64,000 nt of DNA from a virus (taxonomy: Duplodnaviria > Heunggongvirae > Uroviricota > Caudoviricetes), in the IMG/VR virus record IMGVR_UViG_3300005683_000050, positions 85,669 to 149,668 of that record, one strand, 5' to 3'. This document shows, piece by piece, positions 57,462 to 64,000 of this stretch. The notes under the pieces are model-generated. The model saw only the letters and a program-made list of their open reading frames with translations, did no database searches and was not told where the DNA came from. Numbering within the stretch: position 1 is the first letter of the stretch; every line of letters begins with the position of its first letter. Made by a program: the position numbers and the translations under genes.

Positions 57462-57534
57462 CGGGATGGAAGGATTTGAACCTTCAACTTCTTGTATCCA
57501 AAACAAGTACTCTGCCGAATTGAGTCACACCCCG
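57462..57534 (-). tRNA. tRNA-Pro(TGG)
   Basis: C1:G72; anticodon arm CTTGT-TTTGGAT-ACAAG. Confidence 0.7.
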
Positions 57535-57544
57535 ATTACAAAAA

Positions 57545-57573
57545 CATTATACCACAAAACTATTCCCTTGTCA
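57545..57573 (-). promoter_or_regulatory. sigma70-type promoter TTGACA-17-TATAAT
   Basis: TTGTGG before the -10; upstream of tRNA-Pro/His. Confidence 0.6.
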
Positions 57574-57852
57574 AGGTATACGAGATAGAGATTTCAGTGC
57601 CAGAATTCTAACCTGCAAATCTTCTTTTTCTGCTTTAGACGCTGTTTTTATTTGTTCACACAACTCTGCCAGCCTATCCACAAACATCTCTTTTGACTTT
57701 TTTCGAGCTACCCTATTCCCCTGCTCAAGATTTTCTTCTTGCCACATCCTGAAAGCTGTGTTAACCGACTCGTCACTTTCTGTATCTATACGAATCTTTA
57801 TCGTCTTTCCCCACGGAAAAACAAGACCATCCTTCTGCATGTCCCTATCCAT
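57571..57852 (-). CDS. hypothetical protein 93 aa
   Basis: minus ORF. Confidence 0.3.
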   Translation of the reverse strand: MDRDMQKDGLVFPWGKTIKIRIDTESDESVNTAFRMWQEENLEQGNRVARKKSKEMFVDRLAELCEQIKTASKAEKEDLQVRILALKSLSRIP

Positions 57853-58198
57853 CAGTCCAAGTTTTTTGTCTTTGTGACCACTGCCACATCAACATCAACA
57901 ATGTCTTTTTTAATCCTTGCCAAATAACACCTTCAGTAATAATGGAATTCCGTGCCATATCAGAGCAGATGCAATTGCAAATAAAATTACCGCGAAAAAA
58001 CCAGCGAAAAATCCCCAAAAGAACTTTTCGCTAACAAAGTACATCGCCAGCGGCACTACAGTTACAATCAATAACAGAGAAGCTGCGTATACCTTTTCGT
58101 TAAACACTAACCGCCTTGCATTCAAAATCACCGACTTAATATACATTGAATCTCCAAGATTCATAATATGTACTTTATATACAGTATGCCACAAATAG

Positions 58199-58272
58199 TC
58201 AGGGCGACTGGATTTGAACCAGCGACCTCTTGTATCCCGAACAAGCACGCTACCGAACTGCGCCACGCCCTG
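58199..58272 (-). tRNA. tRNA-Pro(GGG)
   Basis: C1:G72 acceptor CAGGGCG/CGCCCTG; anticodon loop TCGGGAT. Confidence 0.65.
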
Positions 58273-58361
58273 TCACATTAACCGCAATGAAAGATATGCG
58301 GAAATAAGAATCAATGCCGTTGCGGTTAATGATTCCAATAAAAAAAGAATGTTTTTTAGCA

Positions 58362-58568
58362 TTACTTTTTATACAAGTCGCCAAGCGGCATTACTGTTTC
58401 AGACCTGCTAATGCAGTATTCTTTTCCGTCAAGTCCAACTTTCCACAATGAATACCCAAGTTCCTTACAGGTAGACTCGACAGCAAACATTCTGACGACA
58501 AAAACAATCAAAAAGAGCGACAGTATAACTGCCAGTGTCCATAGCACATATATTTTTGTTTTATACAT
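58362..58568 (-). CDS. small membrane protein 68 aa
   Basis: N-terminal TM helix. Confidence 0.25.
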   Translation of the reverse strand: MYKTKIYVLWTLAVILSLFLIVFVVRMFAVESTCKELGYSLWKVGLDGKEYCISRSETVMPLGDLYKK

Positions 58569-58569
58569 A

Positions 58570-58643
58570 CGTCCCAGAGCGGACTTGAACCGCTAACCTT
58601 TTCCTCCGCAGGGAAAAACTCTATCCAATTGAGCTACTAGGAC
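58570..58643 (-). tRNA. tRNA-Arg(GCG)
   Basis: anticodon arm TTTCC-CTGCGGA-GGAAA; D arm GCTC/GAGT. Confidence 0.6.
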
Positions 58644-58787
58644 AAAATGCCTCGCAATTTTAGCCGCATGAGGCGATGGCGTACCACGTCCTACGACTTA
58701 GTACCTCGTTACATAGACGAGACTTTCGCTCTGGTCTTTCACTGGACGTAGATTAATTACTTGACCAAGTATGTACTCAACGTCATC

Positions 58788-58816
58788 ATTGTATCACAAA
58801 ATCATGGATTTGTCAA
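58788..58816 (-). promoter_or_regulatory. sigma70-type promoter TTGACA-17-TACAAT
   Basis: TTGTGA extended -10; about 145-nt leader to tRNA-Arg(GCG). Confidence 0.6.
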
Positions 58817-59301
58817 CCAGACAACATCTCTTGAATCTCAAGCAATGCGGCGGTGTTTCCACCAGCGCGACTTAGTAGGTTCACAATGTCCAGCAGCTCT
58901 TTCTCGGACGTGCGTTGTTCTTCTAAGTACGGCTTCATAAAGTTGAATGCGTCAATGTCGCCAACGTCCCAACACAGCTTTGTCAAAGACACTATACGTT
59001 GTGTGTTTGCTTTTTCTAGATTGAGAGCGTTTTGAAATGCAGCCAACGGTTCTTTTACGATGTATCCGACAGCCGTATCCAGAGCATTCAATTCTGGAAT
59101 CTGATTTCTAGCAATCAAAAAGTTAGCAAACCCACATGCGTGTTCAGTTTCTTCTTCGGAAGATTTTTTCAGAAACTTGGCAAACCCGTCCCACGGAGCC
59201 ATCTCCATCGCATACGACATTTGAAGATAAGCTCTTGAATTTGCGTGTTCCGCGCAGAATTGTTCTACAAAAGCTTGGCGCAGTAATTCGTCTAATAGCA
59301 T
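58813..59301 (-). CDS. ferritin-like diiron protein
   Basis: paired ExxH motifs (CAEHANS..., EEETEHACGF) in a four-helix-bundle-like sequence. Confidence 0.45.
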   Translation of the reverse strand: MLLDELLRQAFVEQFCAEHANSRAYLQMSYAMEMAPWDGFAKFLKKSSEEETEHACGFANFLIARNQIPELNALDTAVGYIVKEPLAAFQNALNLEKANTQRIVSLTKLCWDVGDIDAFNFMKPYLEEQRTSEKELLDIVNLLSRAGGNTAALLEIQEMLSG

Positions 59302-59355
59302 AATTTACCACCTTTCGGTAAAAATTATACCACAAACGAATTACTGCGCCGACAG

Positions 59356-60354
59356 TTATTCGTCCTCGTTCTCGTCAACCGTCTTGTCTTTCAGTAGGTA
59401 CGAGTCTGAAATGTACTTTAGAATTACCCTACCAATCTTTGGGTCTCTACGCTCTTGAACGGGTCGGATAACAACACCCTCTCGGATATTGTCTCCTATT
59501 GTGCTTTTTCCATTTGCCAGACTCTTGACCTCTTCAATGGAAAACGGCATTACTCGCAAAACTGGAACAAGCTGAGCGTCATGTCTGTGCGCCAGAACAA
59601 TCATCTCCGTAAAATCAAGGTAATTCCCATCAACCATAATGTCGAATATCCTGAATCCGACACCATCTCTAACGTCGTAGGAAAATCCCTTTTGTACCTT
59701 CGCGCCGTAAATCTCTCCAAACAAAATAACGTGTTTGTGGGATTCCGAGAGAGAACCCAAAAGACTCTGTACCCAGTCTAGTTCAAATGGCATCCAGTAG
59801 ACATTGTTGCCTTCTTTGCGTCTGAGATTGTGGCTGCCAGCCATCCTCTCGCCGTCTATGTATGCCACGCGAGCATTTGTTCCGTGAATTTTCTCGGTAA
59901 CACAAACGCTCTCGCCCTCTGAAATAACTTGCGGGAAATTTCTTAGATTCTCAATGTCAGTGTATTTCAGGAATCGCGCGTCGTCAGTTTCGGTATCCCC
60001 ACCACTTAGGCGTAACGGAGATATATACTTGGTGCATCCGTAAAGGTCTGCCAGATTGTCTCCAACCTGAGAACCTGAAGGAGCAATTTGTACAAATCCA
60101 AACGAAGGCTCTCCGCGCAATGCTACAGCACGGACGCGTTGTTTGCTCAGGTATGGCGTAACTCCCATCTCATCAGAAACGCTTTGCGGCAAAACCGTAT
60201 CTGGCGGAAAATACACAACCTTATCTCCGACATTCAAAGTTCCCTTTTTGACAACAACCTGCCATCCAAGAATGTTTATAATTTCCAATCTGTCCGCGCT
60301 GGGATGAACCATTATTTCCGAGACTTCGACAACTGGAACTATTAGTGTTGACAT
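59356..60354 (-). CDS. ATP-dependent RNA ligase (Rnl family)
   Basis: nucleotidyltransferase motif I VTEKIHGTNARV (KxHGxN, typical of RNA rather than DNA ligases); 332 aa. Confidence 0.65.
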   Translation of the reverse strand: MSTLIVPVVEVSEIMVHPSADRLEIINILGWQVVVKKGTLNVGDKVVYFPPDTVLPQSVSDEMGVTPYLSKQRVRAVALRGEPSFGFVQIAPSGSQVGDNLADLYGCTKYISPLRLSGGDTETDDARFLKYTDIENLRNFPQVISEGESVCVTEKIHGTNARVAYIDGERMAGSHNLRRKEGNNVYWMPFELDWVQSLLGSLSESHKHVILFGEIYGAKVQKGFSYDVRDGVGFRIFDIMVDGNYLDFTEMIVLAHRHDAQLVPVLRVMPFSIEEVKSLANGKSTIGDNIREGVVIRPVQERRDPKIGRVILKYISDSYLLKDKTVDENEDE

Positions 60355-60785
60355 TATAATGACAATGGCGTTTGCACAACAACGTTAGTCTCTCCGAACG
60401 ATTCCCAATTCGTCCTCGGTGATACCGTCGTTACAATCGCCCCTTTCTCTACGCTACTTGTCGGAATACCCTTGATTGCATCCTTTGGTTTCCCTCTATT
60501 GAAAACCTCTGTGCGGTAGTAGTAACCAATGAATTCAATTCCAGATTCTAATCGGTCATAAACGACCAAATAATCTGCCTCTGAATACGCAGAAATATCC
60601 ATCAATGGGATTTTAACAGAACCCTCAAAGAACGAAAACCTTGCTTCCCCAGAAACAAATGGGATAATCCGAGATTCAGAGATTTTTCCAATACGCCTCG
60701 CGGTTCTCCATAAACATTTCTGAAAAATAACAGCCACAAGATTCGTGGCTGTGTCGGACTCAACTTTTGTTACGTTCCCGAACAT
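60354..60785 (-). CDS. hypothetical protein 143 aa
   Basis: minus ORF. Confidence 0.3.
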   Translation of the reverse strand: MFGNVTKVESDTATNLVAVIFQKCLWRTARRIGKISESRIIPFVSGEARFSFFEGSVKIPLMDISAYSEADYLVVYDRLESGIEFIGYYYRTEVFNRGKPKDAIKGIPTSSVEKGAIVTTVSPRTNWESFGETNVVVQTPLSL

Positions 60786-60928
60786 GGAGAGCTCCCTTGA
60801 TATTTACAACATTGAATCCAGCTTGCGCCAGCTCTTTATGTAGGGCTTTAATGTCTGTGTCGGCATCGCCACGCACAACCAAATACCCACCAGATATCTC
60901 AAGCGCGTCCACAATTTTTTGCGCGTCA

Positions 60929-61291
60929 CTACTCAATGATAATTCGTTCGCCATTTTGTTTATTCACAACCTGAATGAGTTTTTTCGTAACCCGAATATC
61001 CATACATTCCGCCAAGTGAACACCACTTTCTGCAAAGTGTTTTCTAAGACGACCAATCGCATGGTTCTCTATTTGGTCACATCGCTGACGAGAAAGACCA
61101 GTAGCCACGCTTACCTGAGACAACGACATCGGACGAGACCCAATGTCAAGTCCTACACGATAACCAAAAACCCTGAAATCATTGTCGGAAAGAGACTCGA
61201 TTGCTCGGATAATGTCTGATTTATCAGTTGTATCTGGAGTCCCAATCACCGCATTAAATAAATTAAAAGTTGTATTGTTCATTATCTCCAT
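60929..61291 (-). CDS. small sigma-70 region-4 (HTH) protein; transcription regulator or minimal sigma-like factor
   Basis: MSLSQVSVATGLSRQRCDQIENHAIGRLRKH matches the sigma70 region 4.2 HTH pattern; only 120 aa. Confidence 0.45.
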   Translation of the reverse strand: MEIMNNTTFNLFNAVIGTPDTTDKSDIIRAIESLSDNDFRVFGYRVGLDIGSRPMSLSQVSVATGLSRQRCDQIENHAIGRLRKHFAESGVHLAECMDIRVTKKLIQVVNKQNGERIIIE

Positions 61292-61299
61292 CCCTTGTT

Positions 61300-61328
61300 A
61301 TTTTACCATAAAAGACAACTATTGTCAA
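61300..61328 (-). promoter_or_regulatory. sigma70-type promoter TTGACA-17-TAAAAT
   Basis: drives the sigma-r4 gene; embedded in the palindrome TGTCAAGTTGACA. Confidence 0.5.
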
Positions 61329-61344
61329 GTTGACAAAATACGAT

Positions 61345-61560
61345 TCACAATAGATTCTCAAAATCATTTATGATGGAAGCTAGTTGCTCTGGCGGAAGAC
61401 CGACCATCTCGGAAATTTTCTGCATGGTTTGGATGTCTGGTTTCTCCACATACCTGAGAACGCCATATATTCCGAAAAGAATCATGGTTGCCTCTGGATG
61501 TTTTACATGTTCTATTTTTTCTAATAACTCAAATAAATTTTCCATATTTTTTACCTCCAC
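61345..61560 (-). CDS. hypothetical protein 71 aa
   Basis: minus ORF. Confidence 0.25.
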   Translation of the reverse strand: MEVKNMENLFELLEKIEHVKHPEATMILFGIYGVLRYVEKPDIQTMQKISEMVGLPPEQLASIINDFENLL

Positions 61561-61666
61561 TGGGAACGGGGTACTCGAAACCCAAGCAGATTATCAATCC
61601 GCTCCAACCGATTTCCAGTCGGTGACTGCTCGCCTGTCAGTTTCATTCCCAAAGAATTTACTGCCA

Positions 61667-61936
61667 TCAAATAAACGGATGGTAGTAAATTAATGCGGCA
61701 ACTAGCATAATGACAACAGATAAAATACCCATCCGTTTCATCATCTTCACAACGCGCTTCGCAAATGAATTGTCTAGTGACTTATGTCCCTTTGTGGACA
61801 CATAAACGCCCCCCTTAGCATTTGACACAGTGAAGCTTTCTGCGTCGTGCTGTACAAAACTCGCAATCCCATTACTTTCTGCTTGTTCCGCTATTTCTCT
61901 TAATTCTTTGAACGTCTTTGGGTTTTGCTTTGGCAT
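61667..61936 (-). CDS. small protein with C-terminal TM helix 89 aa
   Basis: minus ORF. Confidence 0.3.
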   Translation of the reverse strand: MPKQNPKTFKELREIAEQAESNGIASFVQHDAESFTVSNAKGGVYVSTKGHKSLDNSFAKRVVKMMKRMGILSVVIMLVAALIYYHPFI

Positions 61937-62090
61937 TCTTTTTTACCTCTTGGGTATCTTCTGTCCAACTTGCATCCGTAACTGTCGAATTTCCACCCTC
62001 TTCAATCAAGACAATAATCTGTAACATCAATCGAGACATAGCCTCTTCGTCCATATTGCTTTTTACGTGAAAATCAAACACTGCGTTCAT
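61872..62090 (-). CDS. hypothetical protein 72 aa
   Basis: minus ORF overlapping its neighbour. Confidence 0.25.
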   Translation of the reverse strand: MNAVFDFHVKSNMDEEAMSRLMLQIIVLIEEGGNSTVTDASWTEDTQEVKKNAKAKPKDVQRIKRNSGTSRK

Positions 62091-62818
62091 TCAATCTCTC
62101 CGAGAGATAGTCTGTCGGAATAGAGAGCCTTTTGACATTGCACATAAGACCGTCTCACAACTATTCCGCCATCGCTACCAGATATTTCTCTTGTAACTGG
62201 CTTAAAGTAAATTCCGCGCTTAGAATGCGCTGAACATTCGTCCCAATGTATGCCCCTTTCCAAAAGCGCATCAACTACTGCGCTCGAACATTTCCCTTGC
62301 ATTTCTCTTTGGGTAAACACAGACCTTCCGAGCATTGAAACAGAATTGCGTATTGCGTCCAATTCTCGCCACACCATATAATTACGCACTTCGTTCTCGT
62401 TTGGCAGAGAGAATATCCTACCATCAAAACATGGATATTGGTTTTTTGGAACTTTGTTTTCCAAAATCTTTTTTTCATCTCGGCTAAATATAGCTGTAGC
62501 CAGAGATGCCAATGAGGTAATAATCTTTGACGCCCTACCCCCAAAGTACTGTACTGTTGAATCCGAGAACCACGCAAGAGAAATCTCATCACTCTGAGTA
62601 TATGCAATGTCAGCTCTCGATTCTACACATAAAGCGAGAGTAATATCCAGCATCATGGACTGCATTCTTTTGTCAAATGGCTTGTCCATATTTCTCGTGA
62701 ATCTGCTGAAATTCCTACCATCCAAACGAACAACAGTTGCAGTATACGGAGAAGCGGAGTATCCAATTCCTTCGTATATGCTCATTCGTTCAGGCAGGGA
62801 AACATTCATTTTTTGCAT
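62087..62818 (-). CDS. Thg1-like protein (tRNA-His guanylyltransferase / 3'-5' RNA polymerase family)
   Basis: VVRLDGRNFSRF, AYTQSDEISLAWF and CFDGRIFSLP match the Thg1 catalytic motifs (RxDGxxF, SDEIS, FDGR). Confidence 0.8.
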   Translation of the reverse strand: MQKMNVSLPERMSIYEGIGYSASPYTATVVRLDGRNFSRFTRNMDKPFDKRMQSMMLDITLALCVESRADIAYTQSDEISLAWFSDSTVQYFGGRASKIITSLASLATAIFSRDEKKILENKVPKNQYPCFDGRIFSLPNENEVRNYMVWRELDAIRNSVSMLGRSVFTQREMQGKCSSAVVDALLERGIHWDECSAHSKRGIYFKPVTREISGSDGGIVVRRSYVQCQKALYSDRLSLGEIE

Positions 62819-63054
62819 TCTTCTCCGTATAGAAATCCAGAATAAAAAACAATTTCGCCCTCTGATGGTCTAACCAGGTCAACCGCAAATTGACCTAAAG
62901 ACAACCTGACAAGGTTTCCAGATTTATACAACTTAAACGTAGACATAACCGTTTTCATTGTACTGTCGCTATAAGTATGAAATTCAAAGTCCGTACTTCC
63001 CTTTCCGAGAGCGATTCTTAGAGAAGCCATGAGCGATTTAGGCAGATAAATCAT
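62806..63054 (-). CDS. hypothetical protein 82 aa
   Basis: minus ORF. Confidence 0.25.
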   Translation of the reverse strand: MIYLPKSLMASLRIALGKGSTDFEFHTYSDSTMKTVMSTFKLYKSGNLVRLSLGQFAVDLVRPSEGEIVFYSGFLYGEECKK

Positions 63055-63274
63055 AGCGCAGCTTTGTTGGCTCAGTCGTGTTTCTGTTTAAGTACCCATC
63101 TGCCGAAACAATCCCATCTGATACTTGGATATTAGTGAATATATTTACGTATCCATCTATTACTAGGTCTTGCAGACTCCAAATAATAAATGCTTTCTGC
63201 TCGATACTCATATCTGCCCAAGTAATCACCCTTTGGGTCTTGCGTGGTCTGCCACGCTTTCTTTTTTGAATCAT
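63038..63274 (-). CDS. small DNA-binding protein with AT-hook-like N-terminus
   Basis: MIQKRKRGRPRKTQ. Confidence 0.3.
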   Translation of the reverse strand: MIQKRKRGRPRKTQRVITWADMSIEQKAFIIWSLQDLVIDGYVNIFTNIQVSDGIVSADGYLNRNTTEPTKLRYDLSA

Positions 63275-63277
63275 AAT

Positions 63278-63577
63278 CTAAGTCCCTATAAATTTTTCTA
63301 TCCAAGCAGCCAGCTCTTCTGGACTTTGGAACGTTCCAATAAAAACACAATTCCCGTTTTTTACCCTAACAACGCTAAATGATTTGCCATCAGACACAAT
63401 CCCGAATAAAGAGTCACCATTATGCTCTGCGTATTCAGAGCGGTTTGAAACAGTAGCCATCTCAGAGACGATGGGCGCACTTGTAAAAACCCTGACATAT
63501 TCTTCTCTGGCAACTTCCTCTCTTGAAATATCTATACCAAGACTACTCATCTTCTTTTTATATTTAGATTGAACCAT
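63278..63577 (-). CDS. hypothetical protein 99 aa
   Basis: minus ORF. Confidence 0.3.
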   Translation of the reverse strand: MVQSKYKKKMSSLGIDISREEVAREEYVRVFTSAPIVSEMATVSNRSEYAEHNGDSLFGIVSDGKSFSVVRVKNGNCVFIGTFQSPEELAAWIEKFIGT

Positions 63578-63872
63578 ACAACTCCTCGATAATACGAATA
63601 GGATTGTCGCAAGATATTTTCGTCCCTCTTTGAGTTTTACTTACAAATGAACCGCCGAGCAATTGAATTTGGCGCATTTTGGACTGTGGATTATGTTGGA
63701 AAAATACTATATAATCTTCTCCAGTTTCTGCAATATCAACATACTCGTCGTCTGGATATAGAAAAGACTCACCGTACATTTTATTCGCCCATTTTACAAG
63801 GTATTTTCCTAAATACGTTTCCGAAATAATCCCTACCTCTTTTGGGTGACGCCGCAACTGAATCACTCTCAT
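63564..63872 (-). CDS. hypothetical protein 102 aa
   Basis: minus ORF with a promoter directly upstream. Confidence 0.3.
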   Translation of the reverse strand: MRVIQLRRHPKEVGIISETYLGKYLVKWANKMYGESFLYPDDEYVDIAETGEDYIVFFQHNPQSKMRQIQLLGGSFVSKTQRGTKISCDNPIRIIEELYGSI

Positions 63873-63878
63873 GCTCTA

Positions 63879-63908
63879 AATATATCACAAAAAAGATAAT
63901 TTGTCAAG
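63879..63908 (-). promoter_or_regulatory. sigma70-type promoter TTGACA-18-TATATT
   Basis: TTGTGA before the -10. Confidence 0.5.
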
Positions 63909-63913
63909 TCTTT

Positions 63914-63929
63914 ACTGTCTATATAGACA
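63914..63929. repeat. CTGTCT-N4-AGACA hairpin motif copy
   Basis: ACTGTCT-atat-AGACA, 5 nt upstream of the -35 of the 63879-63908 promoter. Confidence 0.5.
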
Positions 63930-63934
63930 ATAAT

Positions 63935-64000
63935 TCATTTGTACGAATAAACCAATAACGCGAAGTTCGCGTTAACGCGATTAACGCGTTAACGCGAACT
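63935..64000. repeat. cluster of TTAACGCG / CGCGTTAA palindromic repeats
   Basis: cgcgaagttcgcg ... gttaacgcg-a-ttaacgcg-ttaacgcg; at least four copies in alternating orientation at the window edge. Confidence 0.45.

Noticed and set aside
24500-58650. tRNA cluster as integration (att) sites / prophage boundary
   Set aside because: There is no integrase or recombinase gene in the window. The tRNAs form an expression array with dedicated promoters, which is typical of lytic-phage tRNA islands.

Overview
The window is a densely packed segment of a tailed dsDNA phage (Caudoviricetes) genome. Almost every real gene and tRNA is on the minus strand. The listed plus-strand ORFs are antisense artefacts. 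Layout, left to right:

- 1-17.9 kb is a virion morphogenesis module. It reads TerS, a TerL interrupted by a LAGLIDADG intein, an HK97-type portal, a prohead protease, a scaffold, a free-standing LAGLIDADG endonuclease, an HK97-fold capsid protein, and then head-tail genes. It is unusually interleaved with carbohydrate-active genes: a BNR/sialidase-like protein and a GH5-like hydrolase between portal and protease, and a cassette of two GT-A glycosyltransferases, a papain-like peptidase, a GH-A-clan hydrolase and a polytopic membrane protein after the capsid gene.
- 18-24 kb holds replication and nuclease genes: two HNH endonucleases, a macro domain protein, a Cas4-like nuclease, a DnaB-like protein and a primase.
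- 24.5-58.7 kb is an accessory region carrying about 40 tRNA genes read manually, all minus strand, plus several atypical tRNA-like elements. They are interspersed with RtcB, an NMNAT-Nudix fusion, RNase H, two DNA methyltransferases, SSB, GNAT, HNH endonucleases and small membrane proteins.
- 52-63 kb holds nucleotide-metabolism and RNA-repair genes: class II RNR, ThyX, MazG-like, an Rnl-type RNA ligase, a Thg1-like tRNA 5' guanylyltransferase, a ferritin-like protein and a protein carrying only sigma-70 region 4.

About 20 near-identical sigma70-type promoters (TTGACA, 17 bp, TAnnnT, often with an extended -10 TGTGA) punctuate the minus strand. A palindromic hairpin, CTGTCT-N4-AGACAG, recurs next to tRNAs and promoters. 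The most notable system is the tRNA array combined with three tRNA/RNA end-repair enzymes (RtcB, Rnl ligase, Thg1-like) and NAD/ADP-ribose enzymes. Together they look like an anti-defence tRNA maintenance island. Two unexplained non-coding loci of about 1 kb and 0.5 kb sit inside the array. All coordinates are hand-read and may be off by a few nt.
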